Assembly: GCA_030024085.1 (NCBI GenBank)
Contig: JASEJE010000020.1
Location: 129-64,128 of the forward strand
DNA length: 64,000 nt
From: Bacillota bacterium
Lineage (GTDB): Bacteria > Bacillota > SHA-98 > UBA4971
Direction: 5' to 3'
In this document: piece after piece, positions 37,152 through 45,121 of the stretch
Position numbering within the stretch: the first letter of the stretch is position 1
Layout: every line of letters begins with the position of its first letter
Notes under the pieces: generated by a model
Told to the model about the DNA's origin: nothing
The model's input: only the letters and a program-made list of their open reading frames with translations
Database searches by the model: none
Translations under genes and position numbers: made by a program

Positions 37152-38786
37152 CTAGCCTTTAGGCGCCGGACAGGCGGGGATCTGGATGACCTGGCCCACC
37201 TGGAGGTTCTCCGGCTGGATGCCCGGGTTTGCCTGGATTATCGCGGCCACCGTCGTGTTGTACTTTCGCGCCAGGGACCAGAGCGTATCACCCGGCTGGA
37301 TGGTCACCATGACGATCGTCGGCTGCGGACACGGCACCTCCGGCGGCTTCACGGCCACCACGGCGACCACCACGTTGAGCTGCACGGGCTCGGTGACCTT
37401 GGCGAACACGCTCACCAGGACCTTCGCGGTGAACCGCCTGTCTTCGACCACCTCGAAGTCCACGTGCTCGATGGCAACGCGCGTCTCGGCCAGGAAGCCC
37501 TCCTGCGTGCCGGGCACCTCGACCACCTGGGTGAACTTGAGGCGGTGCGACATGTGGTGCACCGGCTGGTCGCCCTCGGGGGTCTGCGCCACGTAAAGCG
37601 TCTGAAGCTCGACAACGCCCTCGACGATGACCTTGCCGTCGATGATCCTGTAAGACGCCTCTTTGACAGATGTGTCGATCCTGAGGACGCGCTCGATGTT
37701 GGGCTTCTCCCTCGGCACCTCCAGGGTCTCCTTGAGGATCGTCTGAACCGTGTCCTCGCCGATGACGTCCTCCACGCGGAGCAGCCTCTTCTCCACGTCC
37801 AGCACAGTGCTCTTGGACGTCACCTCGGTGACGACCTCGAGCTGCCTGACGACAGTCACCTTCGCGGTCAGCTTGAGCACCACGTCCACGCTGACCGTGC
37901 GGAAGTCAAGCTCGCTAAAACTCACCGCCTCGAGCACGAGCCGCACCTGAGCCCGCATGCCCACAGCCGCCCCGGGCACCTCGATGACCTGCGAGAACCG
38001 GAGCTGGGTCGAGAAGAAATGCACCGGCAATCTCGGCAGGTAAGGATCGTGAGGCACCGCCGCGTACAGCACGTCCACGTCGATCAGGCCCTCGGCTACC
38101 ACCTGACCGTCGAGCACCTGGACGTCCGTCAGGCGAGGTTTCGCCTCCGCACTGATGACAGATTCGATGTCCGGTTTCTCCGGCGGCACCGTGAGCCTCC
38201 CGCTGACGAGAGCCTGTGCCTGCGCCTCCCCAACGACATCCTCGACCTTCAGAAGCTCCCTGGCCACCTGCAGGTCTGGCGGGCCGGTGACCTCGGTCAC
38301 CACCTCGAGCTGTTCGGTCTTGGTGACCTTGACAGCGGCTGACAGGACGAGCCGCACGTCCAGAGTGCGCACGTCAACCAGATCGAATGCCACGTCGTGG
38401 ATGTCCACCTCGACAAAAGCGTTCATCGAGGGATCCGTGCCCGGCACCTCGGCGATGACTTCGAAGGATACATCCTGCTCAAGGAGTTGCACCGGCTGGG
38501 TGCCGGCGGCCACCCGTGCCACGTAGAGCACCCGCACCCTGATGGTGCCCTCCACGAGAACTTTGCCCTTTATGAGCTGGAATGAACTTGTGAGGACATC
38601 TGCATCGACGCTGATGATCTTCTCGGCGGTAGGCAGGTTCTCAGGGATCTTGAGCATCTCGCGCAGCACCTTGCGCGCCGTGGTTTCGCCGACGACCTGT
38701 TCGACCTTGAGGAGCTCCTCCTTGAGCTCGACACCCACAGCCATCTCCTCTCCCCCTTTCTCGTGACAGGCATGAAACCAGTACAC
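37152..38786 (-). CDS. multi-repeat DUF3794 protein with C-terminal LysM domain
   Basis: Four DUF3794 repeats plus LysM (IQPGDTLWSLARKYNTTVAAIIQANPGIQ). Stop is 22 nt from the next DUF3794 gene start. Confidence 0.75.
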   Translation of the reverse strand: MYWFHACHEKGGEEMAVGVELKEELLKVEQVVGETTARKVLREMLKIPENLPTAEKIISVDADVLTSSFQLIKGKVLVEGTIRVRVLYVARVAAGTQPVQLLEQDVSFEVIAEVPGTDPSMNAFVEVDIHDVAFDLVDVRTLDVRLVLSAAVKVTKTEQLEVVTEVTGPPDLQVARELLKVEDVVGEAQAQALVSGRLTVPPEKPDIESVISAEAKPRLTDVQVLDGQVVAEGLIDVDVLYAAVPHDPYLPRLPVHFFSTQLRFSQVIEVPGAAVGMRAQVRLVLEAVSFSELDFRTVSVDVVLKLTAKVTVVRQLEVVTEVTSKSTVLDVEKRLLRVEDVIGEDTVQTILKETLEVPREKPNIERVLRIDTSVKEASYRIIDGKVIVEGVVELQTLYVAQTPEGDQPVHHMSHRLKFTQVVEVPGTQEGFLAETRVAIEHVDFEVVEDRRFTAKVLVSVFAKVTEPVQLNVVVAVVAVKPPEVPCPQPTIVMVTIQPGDTLWSLARKYNTTVAAIIQANPGIQPENLQVGQVIQIPACPAPKG

Positions 38787-38789
38787 TCG

Positions 38790-38895
38790 CTTTTCATTTC
38801 TACTATATGCGGGCGACTAACCAAAATGTGCATATATTTCTAAATGCGACGCCACCCAGGCGGCCGCGAGCCGGAAATGGAGCGCACGGGGAGGG
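38790..38895 (-). promoter_or_regulatory. AT-rich promoter-like island upstream of the DUF3794-LysM gene
   Basis: tttcatttctactatatgcgggcgactaaccaaaatgtgcatatatttctaaatgcg is ~40% GC in a ~70% GC genome. Contains CATA...TA-like -10 candidates on the minus strand, compatible with mother-cell sigma-E/sigma-K promoters but not resolvable by eye. Confidence 0.3.
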
Positions 38896-38900
38896 CCAGG

Positions 38901-40076
38901 CTATCCTGCAACAGGCGCCGAGAGCTCGGGATCAACGCGCGTCCCCGCGCCCACGACGCTGGCCGACGCGACCACCATCGAATCCAGGCAGCATGCATCC
39001 CCAATCCGCGCTGCCGCAGCAATGATGCACCTGCGGACCTTCGCCCCCCTGCCCACCTGGACGCCGTCGTGGAACACCGAGTCCGACACGTGCGCCCCCT
39101 CACCCACGTGGCAGCCGTGCCCCAGGACGACCCTTGGGCCGACCTCGGCCCTCGGCTGGACCGCCACGTTGTGCCCCATGACGACCGGCCCCGTGACACG
39201 GGCCGTCCTGTGCACGGCGGCGTTCTTCCCGCTCCACACCCCGCAGCCCGCCTTGCGCCCGGGGATGACCACGTCGATCCTCCTTTCGAGGATATCCATG
39301 TGCGCCTTCAGGTAGTTTCGCAGGGTGCCGATGTCGAGCCAGTAGCCGCGGCTTGCGTGCGCCCCCACAGCGGCGCCCCTCGCCAGCAGCGCAGGGATCA
39401 CCTCCCGCTCGAACGACACCTCCCGGCCCTGCGGCAGATCCGCGATGATCCACGGCTCTATCACATAGATTCCTGCGTTGATCGTGTTCACCGCGGCCTC
39501 ATCCCAACCCGGCTTCTCAAGGAAGCCCGTCACGAGACCGGTCGAGTCAGCAAGCACCAGCCCGTAGGCGGCCGGGTCGTCCACGGCGACCGTGGTTATG
39601 GTAACGTCGCTTCCGCGCTCCTCGTGCTCGGCAAGGAGCCTCCCGAGGTCCGTATCGGTCAGCACGTCGCCGTTCAGCACCAGCGCCCGCTCGCCGTCCA
39701 GGCGCGCCTCGCAGTTCTTCATGGCGCCGGCGGTGCCGAGAGGAGCCTTCTCGACCACGTACTCCATGGATACTCCCCACCTGGTGCCATCCTGCAGGCG
39801 CCTGGAGAACTCCTGCGCCATGTAGTTCAGGCTGAACACGATCTGATGGATCCCGTGAGCGCGGAGAAGATCGATCTGATACTCGACAAAGGGCCTCGTG
39901 ACCATCGGGACGAGGCCCTTCGGGGTATCGTAGGTGAGCGGCCGAAGACGCGTGCCCCTGCCCCCTGCGAGGATTATCGCTTTCACCGGCGATACCCCCC
40001 GCTTCCGCCTGCGGCCGCACCCGCATCCGCGTCCGCGTCCACGCCCGTGCCCCCGGCCGTGCGCCCGGCCTGCCAT
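38901..40076 (-). CDS. NDP-sugar pyrophosphorylase (mannose-1-phosphate guanylyltransferase-like) with C-terminal left-handed beta-helix
   Basis: [27 protein letters not shown] nucleotidyltransferase signature. The real start is probably a GTG near 39986-39995, since the ORF-track N-terminus (His/Arg/Gly-rich) overlaps the upstream gene. Confidence 0.75.
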   Translation of the reverse strand: MAGRAHGRGHGRGRGRGCGCGRRRKRGVSPVKAIILAGGRGTRLRPLTYDTPKGLVPMVTRPFVEYQIDLLRAHGIHQIVFSLNYMAQEFSRRLQDGTRWGVSMEYVVEKAPLGTAGAMKNCEARLDGERALVLNGDVLTDTDLGRLLAEHEERGSDVTITTVAVDDPAAYGLVLADSTGLVTGFLEKPGWDEAAVNTINAGIYVIEPWIIADLPQGREVSFEREVIPALLARGAAVGAHASRGYWLDIGTLRNYLKAHMDILERRIDVVIPGRKAGCGVWSGKNAAVHRTARVTGPVVMGHNVAVQPRAEVGPRVVLGHGCHVGEGAHVSDSVFHDGVQVGRGAKVRRCIIAAAARIGDACCLDSMVVASASVVGAGTRVDPELSAPVAG

Positions 40077-41029
40077 GCCACCCTGCCGCGCCAGTATTCC
40101 AGCAGGTCCGCGAGGGTCTTCTCAAACGGGATGGCCGGTTCCCACCCGGTTTTCCGCCGGAATCTCGTCGAGTCGCCCAGCAGCACCGGGACGTCCGACG
40201 GCCTCATCCTTGCGGGATCCTGCTCGATCCGTATGGGCACCTTCGCCATGCCCAGCAGCATCTCGGCCACCCGGGAGACGCGATAGTCGCGACCGCTGGC
40301 GACGACGTATACCTCGCCCGGCTCACCGCGCTCCAGCGCAAGCCAGTACGCCCTGGCCACGTCCCGGACGTCGGTGAAATCGCGCCTCGCCTCGAGATTT
40401 CCCACTTTGAGGACGGGCTCGGCAAGCCGGCACTCTATCTCGGCGATCTGCTTGGCAAAGCTGGATGTCACGAACACCTCCCCGCGCCTCGGTCCGGTAT
40501 GGTTGAACGTACGCGTGCGGACGACTCGTAGGCCGTAGCTGCGGAAATACTGGTAGCCGAGGAAGTCCTGGGCGATCTTGCTCACCGCGTATGGGCTTTG
40601 CGGGCGAAGCGGGTTTTCCTCGTTTATCGGCACCTCGTCCTCGAACACGAGGCCGTATTCCTCCGACGAGCAGGCGATCTGGACGAGAGGATCTATCCTG
40701 GCGCGCCTTATGGCCTCGAACAGGTTGATCTGCCCGAGGATGTTGTTCATCAGCGTCTCCGCCGGGGCAAGCCACGATGTCGGCACGAAACTCTGCGCGG
40801 CCAGGTGAAAGACGAGGTCCGGTCGCACTCGCTCGATCGCCTGGCTCACGGCGGTCGCGTCCATGAGGTCGCACTCCACGAGCGTCATCCTGTCGCGGAT
40901 GCTCTCGATGTTCTCGGTCCTGCTCCTCCACCTCACTGTCCCATATACCTCTATGTCTCCCCGGCTCAGCAGGTACTCAGCCAGATGACTGCCGGCGAAG
41001 CCGGTGATCCCCGTGATGAGGGCTCTCAC
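39983..41029 (-). CDS. NAD-dependent epimerase/dehydratase, GDP-mannose 4,6-dehydratase / GDP-6-deoxy-mannose reductase (Rmd)-like
   Basis: MRALITGITGFAGSHLAEYLL Rossmann motif and an SDR catalytic YxxxK (PYAVSK). Gly/Ala-rich C-terminal tail. Confidence 0.7.
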   Translation of the reverse strand: MRALITGITGFAGSHLAEYLLSRGDIEVYGTVRWRSRTENIESIRDRMTLVECDLMDATAVSQAIERVRPDLVFHLAAQSFVPTSWLAPAETLMNNILGQINLFEAIRRARIDPLVQIACSSEEYGLVFEDEVPINEENPLRPQSPYAVSKIAQDFLGYQYFRSYGLRVVRTRTFNHTGPRRGEVFVTSSFAKQIAEIECRLAEPVLKVGNLEARRDFTDVRDVARAYWLALERGEPGEVYVVASGRDYRVSRVAEMLLGMAKVPIRIEQDPARMRPSDVPVLLGDSTRFRRKTGWEPAIPFEKTLADLLEYWRGRVAWQAGRTAGGTGVDADADAGAAAGGSGGYRR

Positions 41030-41162
41030 CGCACACCCCTCCCTTGTGGTCCTCCGTCCGCCGCGCGCGTGTGCGTGTGCCCGTGTGTGCGGAGCGCCGC
41101 CGCGAGGCGCGGCCAGGCGCCGCCACGTGCCGTCAAACTTCGTCAGATGTCTCTAAGTAGAT

Positions 41163-41364
41163 CGCCAGAAATCCGCGCTGCTTTTCAGCGTGCAGGGGCT
41201 CTCCTGGGTTGCCGGTGCTTGCACTCCGGGGACGGCGCGCTCGCGGCGCGCCTCGTTCGAATTTGGCGCACGGGCCAGCCAAATTCCAGGCGCCCCGTCG
41301 TGCAAGCACCGGCAACCCTACCACACTCAAGAAAAACGCCGAAGACTTCTGGCGCCATACTTAG
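41163..41364 (+). repeat. MITE-like repeat, copy 6 (variant 1; TIR CTAAGTAGATCGCC...GGCGCCATACTTAG)
   Basis: Full-length copy between the epimerase start and the GH18 gene stop. Flanked by ATGTC on both sides (possible target-site duplication). Confidence 0.8.
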
Positions 41365-41389
41365 ATGTCGCCCGATTCGGCAGATGTCG

Positions 41390-43177
41390 TCAGGCGGGCA
41401 GGAGGGAGTCACGGAGGGCTTTGAACCTCGTCCTGAAGGCATCCCACACCAGGGGATCCTCGTCCCCGAGATCGGCTATGGCCAGCCCCGCCAGGTTGAA
41501 CTTGAGGACGAGATCGACGTAACTCGCGACACTCGTCGCGTCCTCGAAGAACACCGTATGGTTCACCCGGAAGGACCTGTACCTGAACGCGCAGGCGCCA
41601 CCAGGCTCGGTGCGGACCACTGAGGGCTTGTAGATGTCCAGGATGTTAGCTGTCTCCGAGTACGCGCGGCGCATCGGCGGGGCGCCGGGCGCTGCCGAGA
41701 AGTCAACGCCGAAGAGCGGGACCCCGAGGACCATCTTCCATGGCGGCACGAGACGAACCATGGCTTTGAGGACGGCGCGGGCCCGGGCCGGAGATGCGGG
41801 CGGCGCTGGCACGGCCAGGCGCTCGGGCCCCTCGTGCAACCGCACGATAATCTGCCTTGCCACCCTGGCAATCTCATGGTACTCGAGTGGACCTGTGCCG
41901 ACAGCCTCGCCCTCTGGCCGGGGTGCGGGTGCCGGGATATCGAGGCTGAGATCCCGACCGTCGCGCTCGAGCACGGACGCAAGCTCACGCACAAAGGAGG
42001 TGAAGGCGTATGCGTCCCGGGGTCCCGGAGCGCACACCGAGAGAACGACACCGTGGGCGCGGCTTCGAGCCGCTGCGGCGGCTATGCCCTTTATGGCAGC
42101 GCGGCGTGCGGAGGCGTCCATCAGCACCTCATCGAGGGGTGCCCATTGTGCTCCTTCACTACCGTGGTCGATTGCAGGCGCGGTATCCGTGTCACACCTG
42201 CTCCCGCTGGCGCTTTCGCGCCTGCCTCCGCCCTCGTGCCTGCTATCTCTCTCGCGTCTCAACTCGCTTTCGCCGTCGTATCGGCCGTCGCCATGGCTCT
42301 CTCTGTCGCTTTCGGCCCCTCTCCCGCGCCCATGCCCACGCTCGCGCCCATACTCTCGCTCACGCTCACGCTCACGCTCACGCTCACGCGCCTGCTCACT
42401 GTGCTCGTCAGCGCCGCTCCTGCCCGTGCCCGTACCCATGCCCCTGGCGCCGCCCGCGCCCCTGCTCCCGTTCCCGCTCCTGCTCCCGTTCCCGCTCCTG
42501 CTCCCGTTCCCGCTCCTGCTCCCGTTCCCGCTCCTGCCCATGGCCGCGCCCGGGCGGGCGGCCATGGGCGGGCGAGGGTGCGGGTCGATGGAGACCACCG
42601 GGAGCACCCGGATGTCGGCCAGCGACGCGAGGGCCGTGACCCTCTTGACGGGCTCCCCTATGATCGTGCCGTCGGCATTCAGGGTGAACCAGCGGGGGGC
42701 CACCGCGGAAATGGACGCCAGGTGGTGCTCGTAGCAGTTCCAGGATCTCTCACCGCCATCGCCTTCCGGAAGGTATGCGAGAAGGCGCGCGACCGGGATG
42801 TTGAGGCACTGCCCCTCCTGGATTTCGGGATCCGGAAGCCGGTTGGCCTGGAGAAGAAGCTCTATGGGGATGTTGTGCTTCCTCGCGACGTGGGCGATGG
42901 TTTCGCCACGGGCCACAAAGTGCCTCACTACCGGCCTTGCAAGCCCGGAGCGGAGCACCGCGAATACCTCGTTGCCTGCGATCCCGTCCACCCGGAGGCG
43001 ATGGGCCTTTTGCAGGTCCCTCACTGCGTCCTTGGTCAGGATGCCGAAGACGCCATCTATCTCACCGGCATAATAGCCCAGGCGCGCAAGCCGCTCCTGC
43101 AGCAGGGTCACGTCGCGACCCCTCATCCCGGAGCGGAGAATCCGCCTCCACGGGTTTTCGCCCTGGGACTCAGCCAT
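41390..43177 (-). CDS. peptidoglycan-binding (PG_binding_1) + LysM + GH18 chitinase-fold protein, SleL/YaaH-like cortex-fragment lytic enzyme candidate, with microsatellite-encoded insert
   Basis: N-terminus LLQERLARLGYYAGEIDGVFGILTKDAVRDLQ (PG-binding), LysM (RHFVARGETIAHVARKHNIPIELLLQANRL), then a GH18-like beta/alpha-barrel. Central (SGNGSR)x4 and (ER)x6 insert encoded by 18-bp and 6-bp tandem repeats at ~42330-42545. Confidence 0.55.
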   Translation of the reverse strand: MAESQGENPWRRILRSGMRGRDVTLLQERLARLGYYAGEIDGVFGILTKDAVRDLQKAHRLRVDGIAGNEVFAVLRSGLARPVVRHFVARGETIAHVARKHNIPIELLLQANRLPDPEIQEGQCLNIPVARLLAYLPEGDGGERSWNCYEHHLASISAVAPRWFTLNADGTIIGEPVKRVTALASLADIRVLPVVSIDPHPRPPMAARPGAAMGRSGNGSRSGNGSRSGNGSRSGNGSRGAGGARGMGTGTGRSGADEHSEQAREREREREREREYGRERGHGRGRGAESDRESHGDGRYDGESELRRERDSRHEGGGRRESASGSRCDTDTAPAIDHGSEGAQWAPLDEVLMDASARRAAIKGIAAAAARSRAHGVVLSVCAPGPRDAYAFTSFVRELASVLERDGRDLSLDIPAPAPRPEGEAVGTGPLEYHEIARVARQIIVRLHEGPERLAVPAPPASPARARAVLKAMVRLVPPWKMVLGVPLFGVDFSAAPGAPPMRRAYSETANILDIYKPSVVRTEPGGACAFRYRSFRVNHTVFFEDATSVASYVDLVLKFNLAGLAIADLGDEDPLVWDAFRTRFKALRDSLLPA

Positions 43178-43334
43178 ATTTCAAAACGCCCTCCGCGCAG
43201 CGAAGTCCTTGCTCGCTGCAAGCTCATGCTGCATTTTATGCCCACGCGCGCCTGCGTGTTACCGCCCTGCGGCTCCCCTGCGACGGCGCAAAGCGGAGGA
43301 GGAGGGGCTTGCCGCGTTGCACTCTCTTTTCGAG

Positions 43335-43400
43335 TCACCGGCAACCCAGCAGCCGCTGGAACGCCCGAAGGGATTAATGAACCCTCACTTAGTACCGCTC
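43335..43400. repeat. MITE-like repeat remnant (3' end only)
   Basis: CACCGGCAACCCAGCAGCCGCTGGAACGCCCGAAGGGATTAATGAACCCTCACTTAGT matches the variant-2 3' terminus CACCGGCAACCCTGGAAAAGTGGCGGTGATTTCTGAACCCACACTTAGT. Confidence 0.45.
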
Positions 43401-43995
43401 TGTCACATATGGAGCGCTGGCAGTACCGTCACTTGAGCTGACGGCTGACGTACGTCACGGGTTCGTCCCCAACCGTTCCCTACGTCACCGTTGATAGCCG
43501 TCCGCTGATGTACATCATCGGTCCCGGCTTTACCCGTTCCCTACGTCACACATGCGAGGGGTAGCGGGACGTGCGTCACTCGTCAGGCTCTTCCCGTTCC
43601 GCACGTCACCCATCGGGGGCCAATGGGTGACGTACATCATCGTTGCCGCCTCACCAGTTCCCTGCGTCACGGGTTCTTCATGAATCGTTCCATACGTCAC
43701 CCGTCGAAGCGAGACGAGTGACGCACATCACGGCTCCGTCCCCAACCGTTCCCTGCGTCACGCTTGAGAGCCATCCAGTGATGTGCATCACCGATGCGAG
43801 CCTTACCCGTTCCCTGTGTCACCCATGCAACGGGAAGAATGATGTATGTCACTCGCCAGGCTCTTCCCGTTCCATACGTCACGCATCGAAGCCAATTGCT
43901 GACGCACATCACTCTCCACCTTACCCGTTCCGTACATCACGGGTCTCCCGGGAACTACACGATTGAGGGCCACCGCGGCCAGGAGTCGCCGTGCC
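43398..43995 (-). repeat. complex 60-bp-periodic tandem array, element B (inverted copy of 26490..27050)
   Basis: CCTTACCCGTTCCCTACGTCAC recurs every ~60 bp (43467, 43530, 43590, 43650, 43745, 43805, 43865, 43925). Both ~50-70-bp flanks are homologous, in inverted orientation, to the flanks of element A. Confidence 0.8.
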
Positions 43996-44051
43996 GGACA
44001 AACCCGCAGACCTGCCAAACCGGATGGCACTTCGTATCTGACAGGGCAGTG

Positions 44052-45110
44052 TTACCCGTGCCTGGCCCGCCGCGTGCCGGGCAGCCGCAGCCTAGGGCGG
44101 GCGAGGTAGCGCGTGAACGCGGTCGCGGCTTCCCGGAGAGGGGAGATCAGTGCACCCAGGGCCGCGCGGGCTGCGCCGGGCCCCTGCCGGGCGGATTCAC
44201 CCCGGACAGGCGCGTGAGCACTTCCCGGCCTCTCCGTTGCCTCTGCCGCCTCCGTTGCCTCCATTTCCGCCGTTGCTTCTACGGCCTCCATTTCCGCCGC
44301 TGACCGGGCTGCCCCTACCTCCAGCGCCGACGTCGTTGCATCCATTTCCGGCTTTGACTCCGTCGCTTCCGCTGCGCTGTTCGTCCCCGTTGCCCCCTCG
44401 GTCTCCGTCGCCAGCTCCGACGGCGCCGCATCAGCGCTCTGGTCGCCGGAACGCCGCTCCCCCGCCTCGATCGCCGTGATCACTGAAAGCACTACGGTCT
44501 CCAGCACAAGCGCGTCAATGACGACGGTCGCGGTCACGCATATCCTGCCAGGCCCAGCGACGGTCCGCCGCACGCCATCAGGGTCCCTCGGGGCCCGCCA
44601 CTCGTCCGCCTCCCTGGCGTCACATCCATGCTCGGAGCCATCGTCCCCGCAGGCGGAGCGGCCGACGCCCGCCGTGCCAGCCACGCCCGCCGCGATCCAG
44701 GCGCTCTGACATCCCACGCTGAAGCGCCCCTCCACGGACATGCCCCGGCGGAGCGATACATCTTCAATGAGAGTCCGAAGGTCCTCTTCCCAGGAAAGCG
44801 CGCGCACCGGCCTTCCGTCTGACAGGCAGTAAGCCCACACAAGGAGCGTCGCGGATGCGAGGGCCGACCCGTCGAAGACATCCCACGACGGGTCGAGCAC
44901 GTCGATGGTCAGGCCCACGACTTCCCGCACGCCCTCCGGCGCCTCGTGCCACAGGCTGACCGTGACCTCGCGCGCGAGCCTGCACACGACCCGCTCCACG
45001 CGCAGCGTCTCCGTCCTCACGCTGATGCCGCCGAACCGGTCAGACCCGCCCAACCCCCTGCGCCTCCCCGGGCCGAACCCGGCCGTGCGCTGCGCTCCAG
45101 CGCATTGCAT
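44052..45110 (-). CDS. hypothetical protein (Ala/Glu/Thr-rich C-terminus); gene model uncertain
   Basis: Long ORF with no recognised domain. Central part (LWHEAPEGVREVVGLTIDVLDPSWDVFDGSALASATLLVWAYCLSDG) looks protein-like; the ends are low complexity. Confidence 0.3.
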   Translation of the reverse strand: MQCAGAQRTAGFGPGRRRGLGGSDRFGGISVRTETLRVERVVCRLAREVTVSLWHEAPEGVREVVGLTIDVLDPSWDVFDGSALASATLLVWAYCLSDGRPVRALSWEEDLRTLIEDVSLRRGMSVEGRFSVGCQSAWIAAGVAGTAGVGRSACGDDGSEHGCDAREADEWRAPRDPDGVRRTVAGPGRICVTATVVIDALVLETVVLSVITAIEAGERRSGDQSADAAPSELATETEGATGTNSAAEATESKPEMDATTSALEVGAARSAAEMEAVEATAEMEATEAAEATERPGSAHAPVRGESARQGPGAARAALGALISPLREAATAFTRYLARPRLRLPGTRRARHG

Positions 45111-45121
45111 TGAATGCGTAT

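Noticed and set aside
27141-43177. Integrative mobile element or prophage between the inverted arrays
   Set aside because: No integrase, recombinase, transposase, phage structural genes or tRNA attachment site were recognised. The content is housekeeping and sporulation genes, so only the inverted-repeat architecture is reported.
44150-44479. Pro-rich ORF (PLPPPLPPFPPLLLRPPFPPL...) on the plus strand
   Set aside because: Lies antisense to the 44052-45110 ORF in a GC/Ala-codon-rich region. Low-complexity translation artefact.
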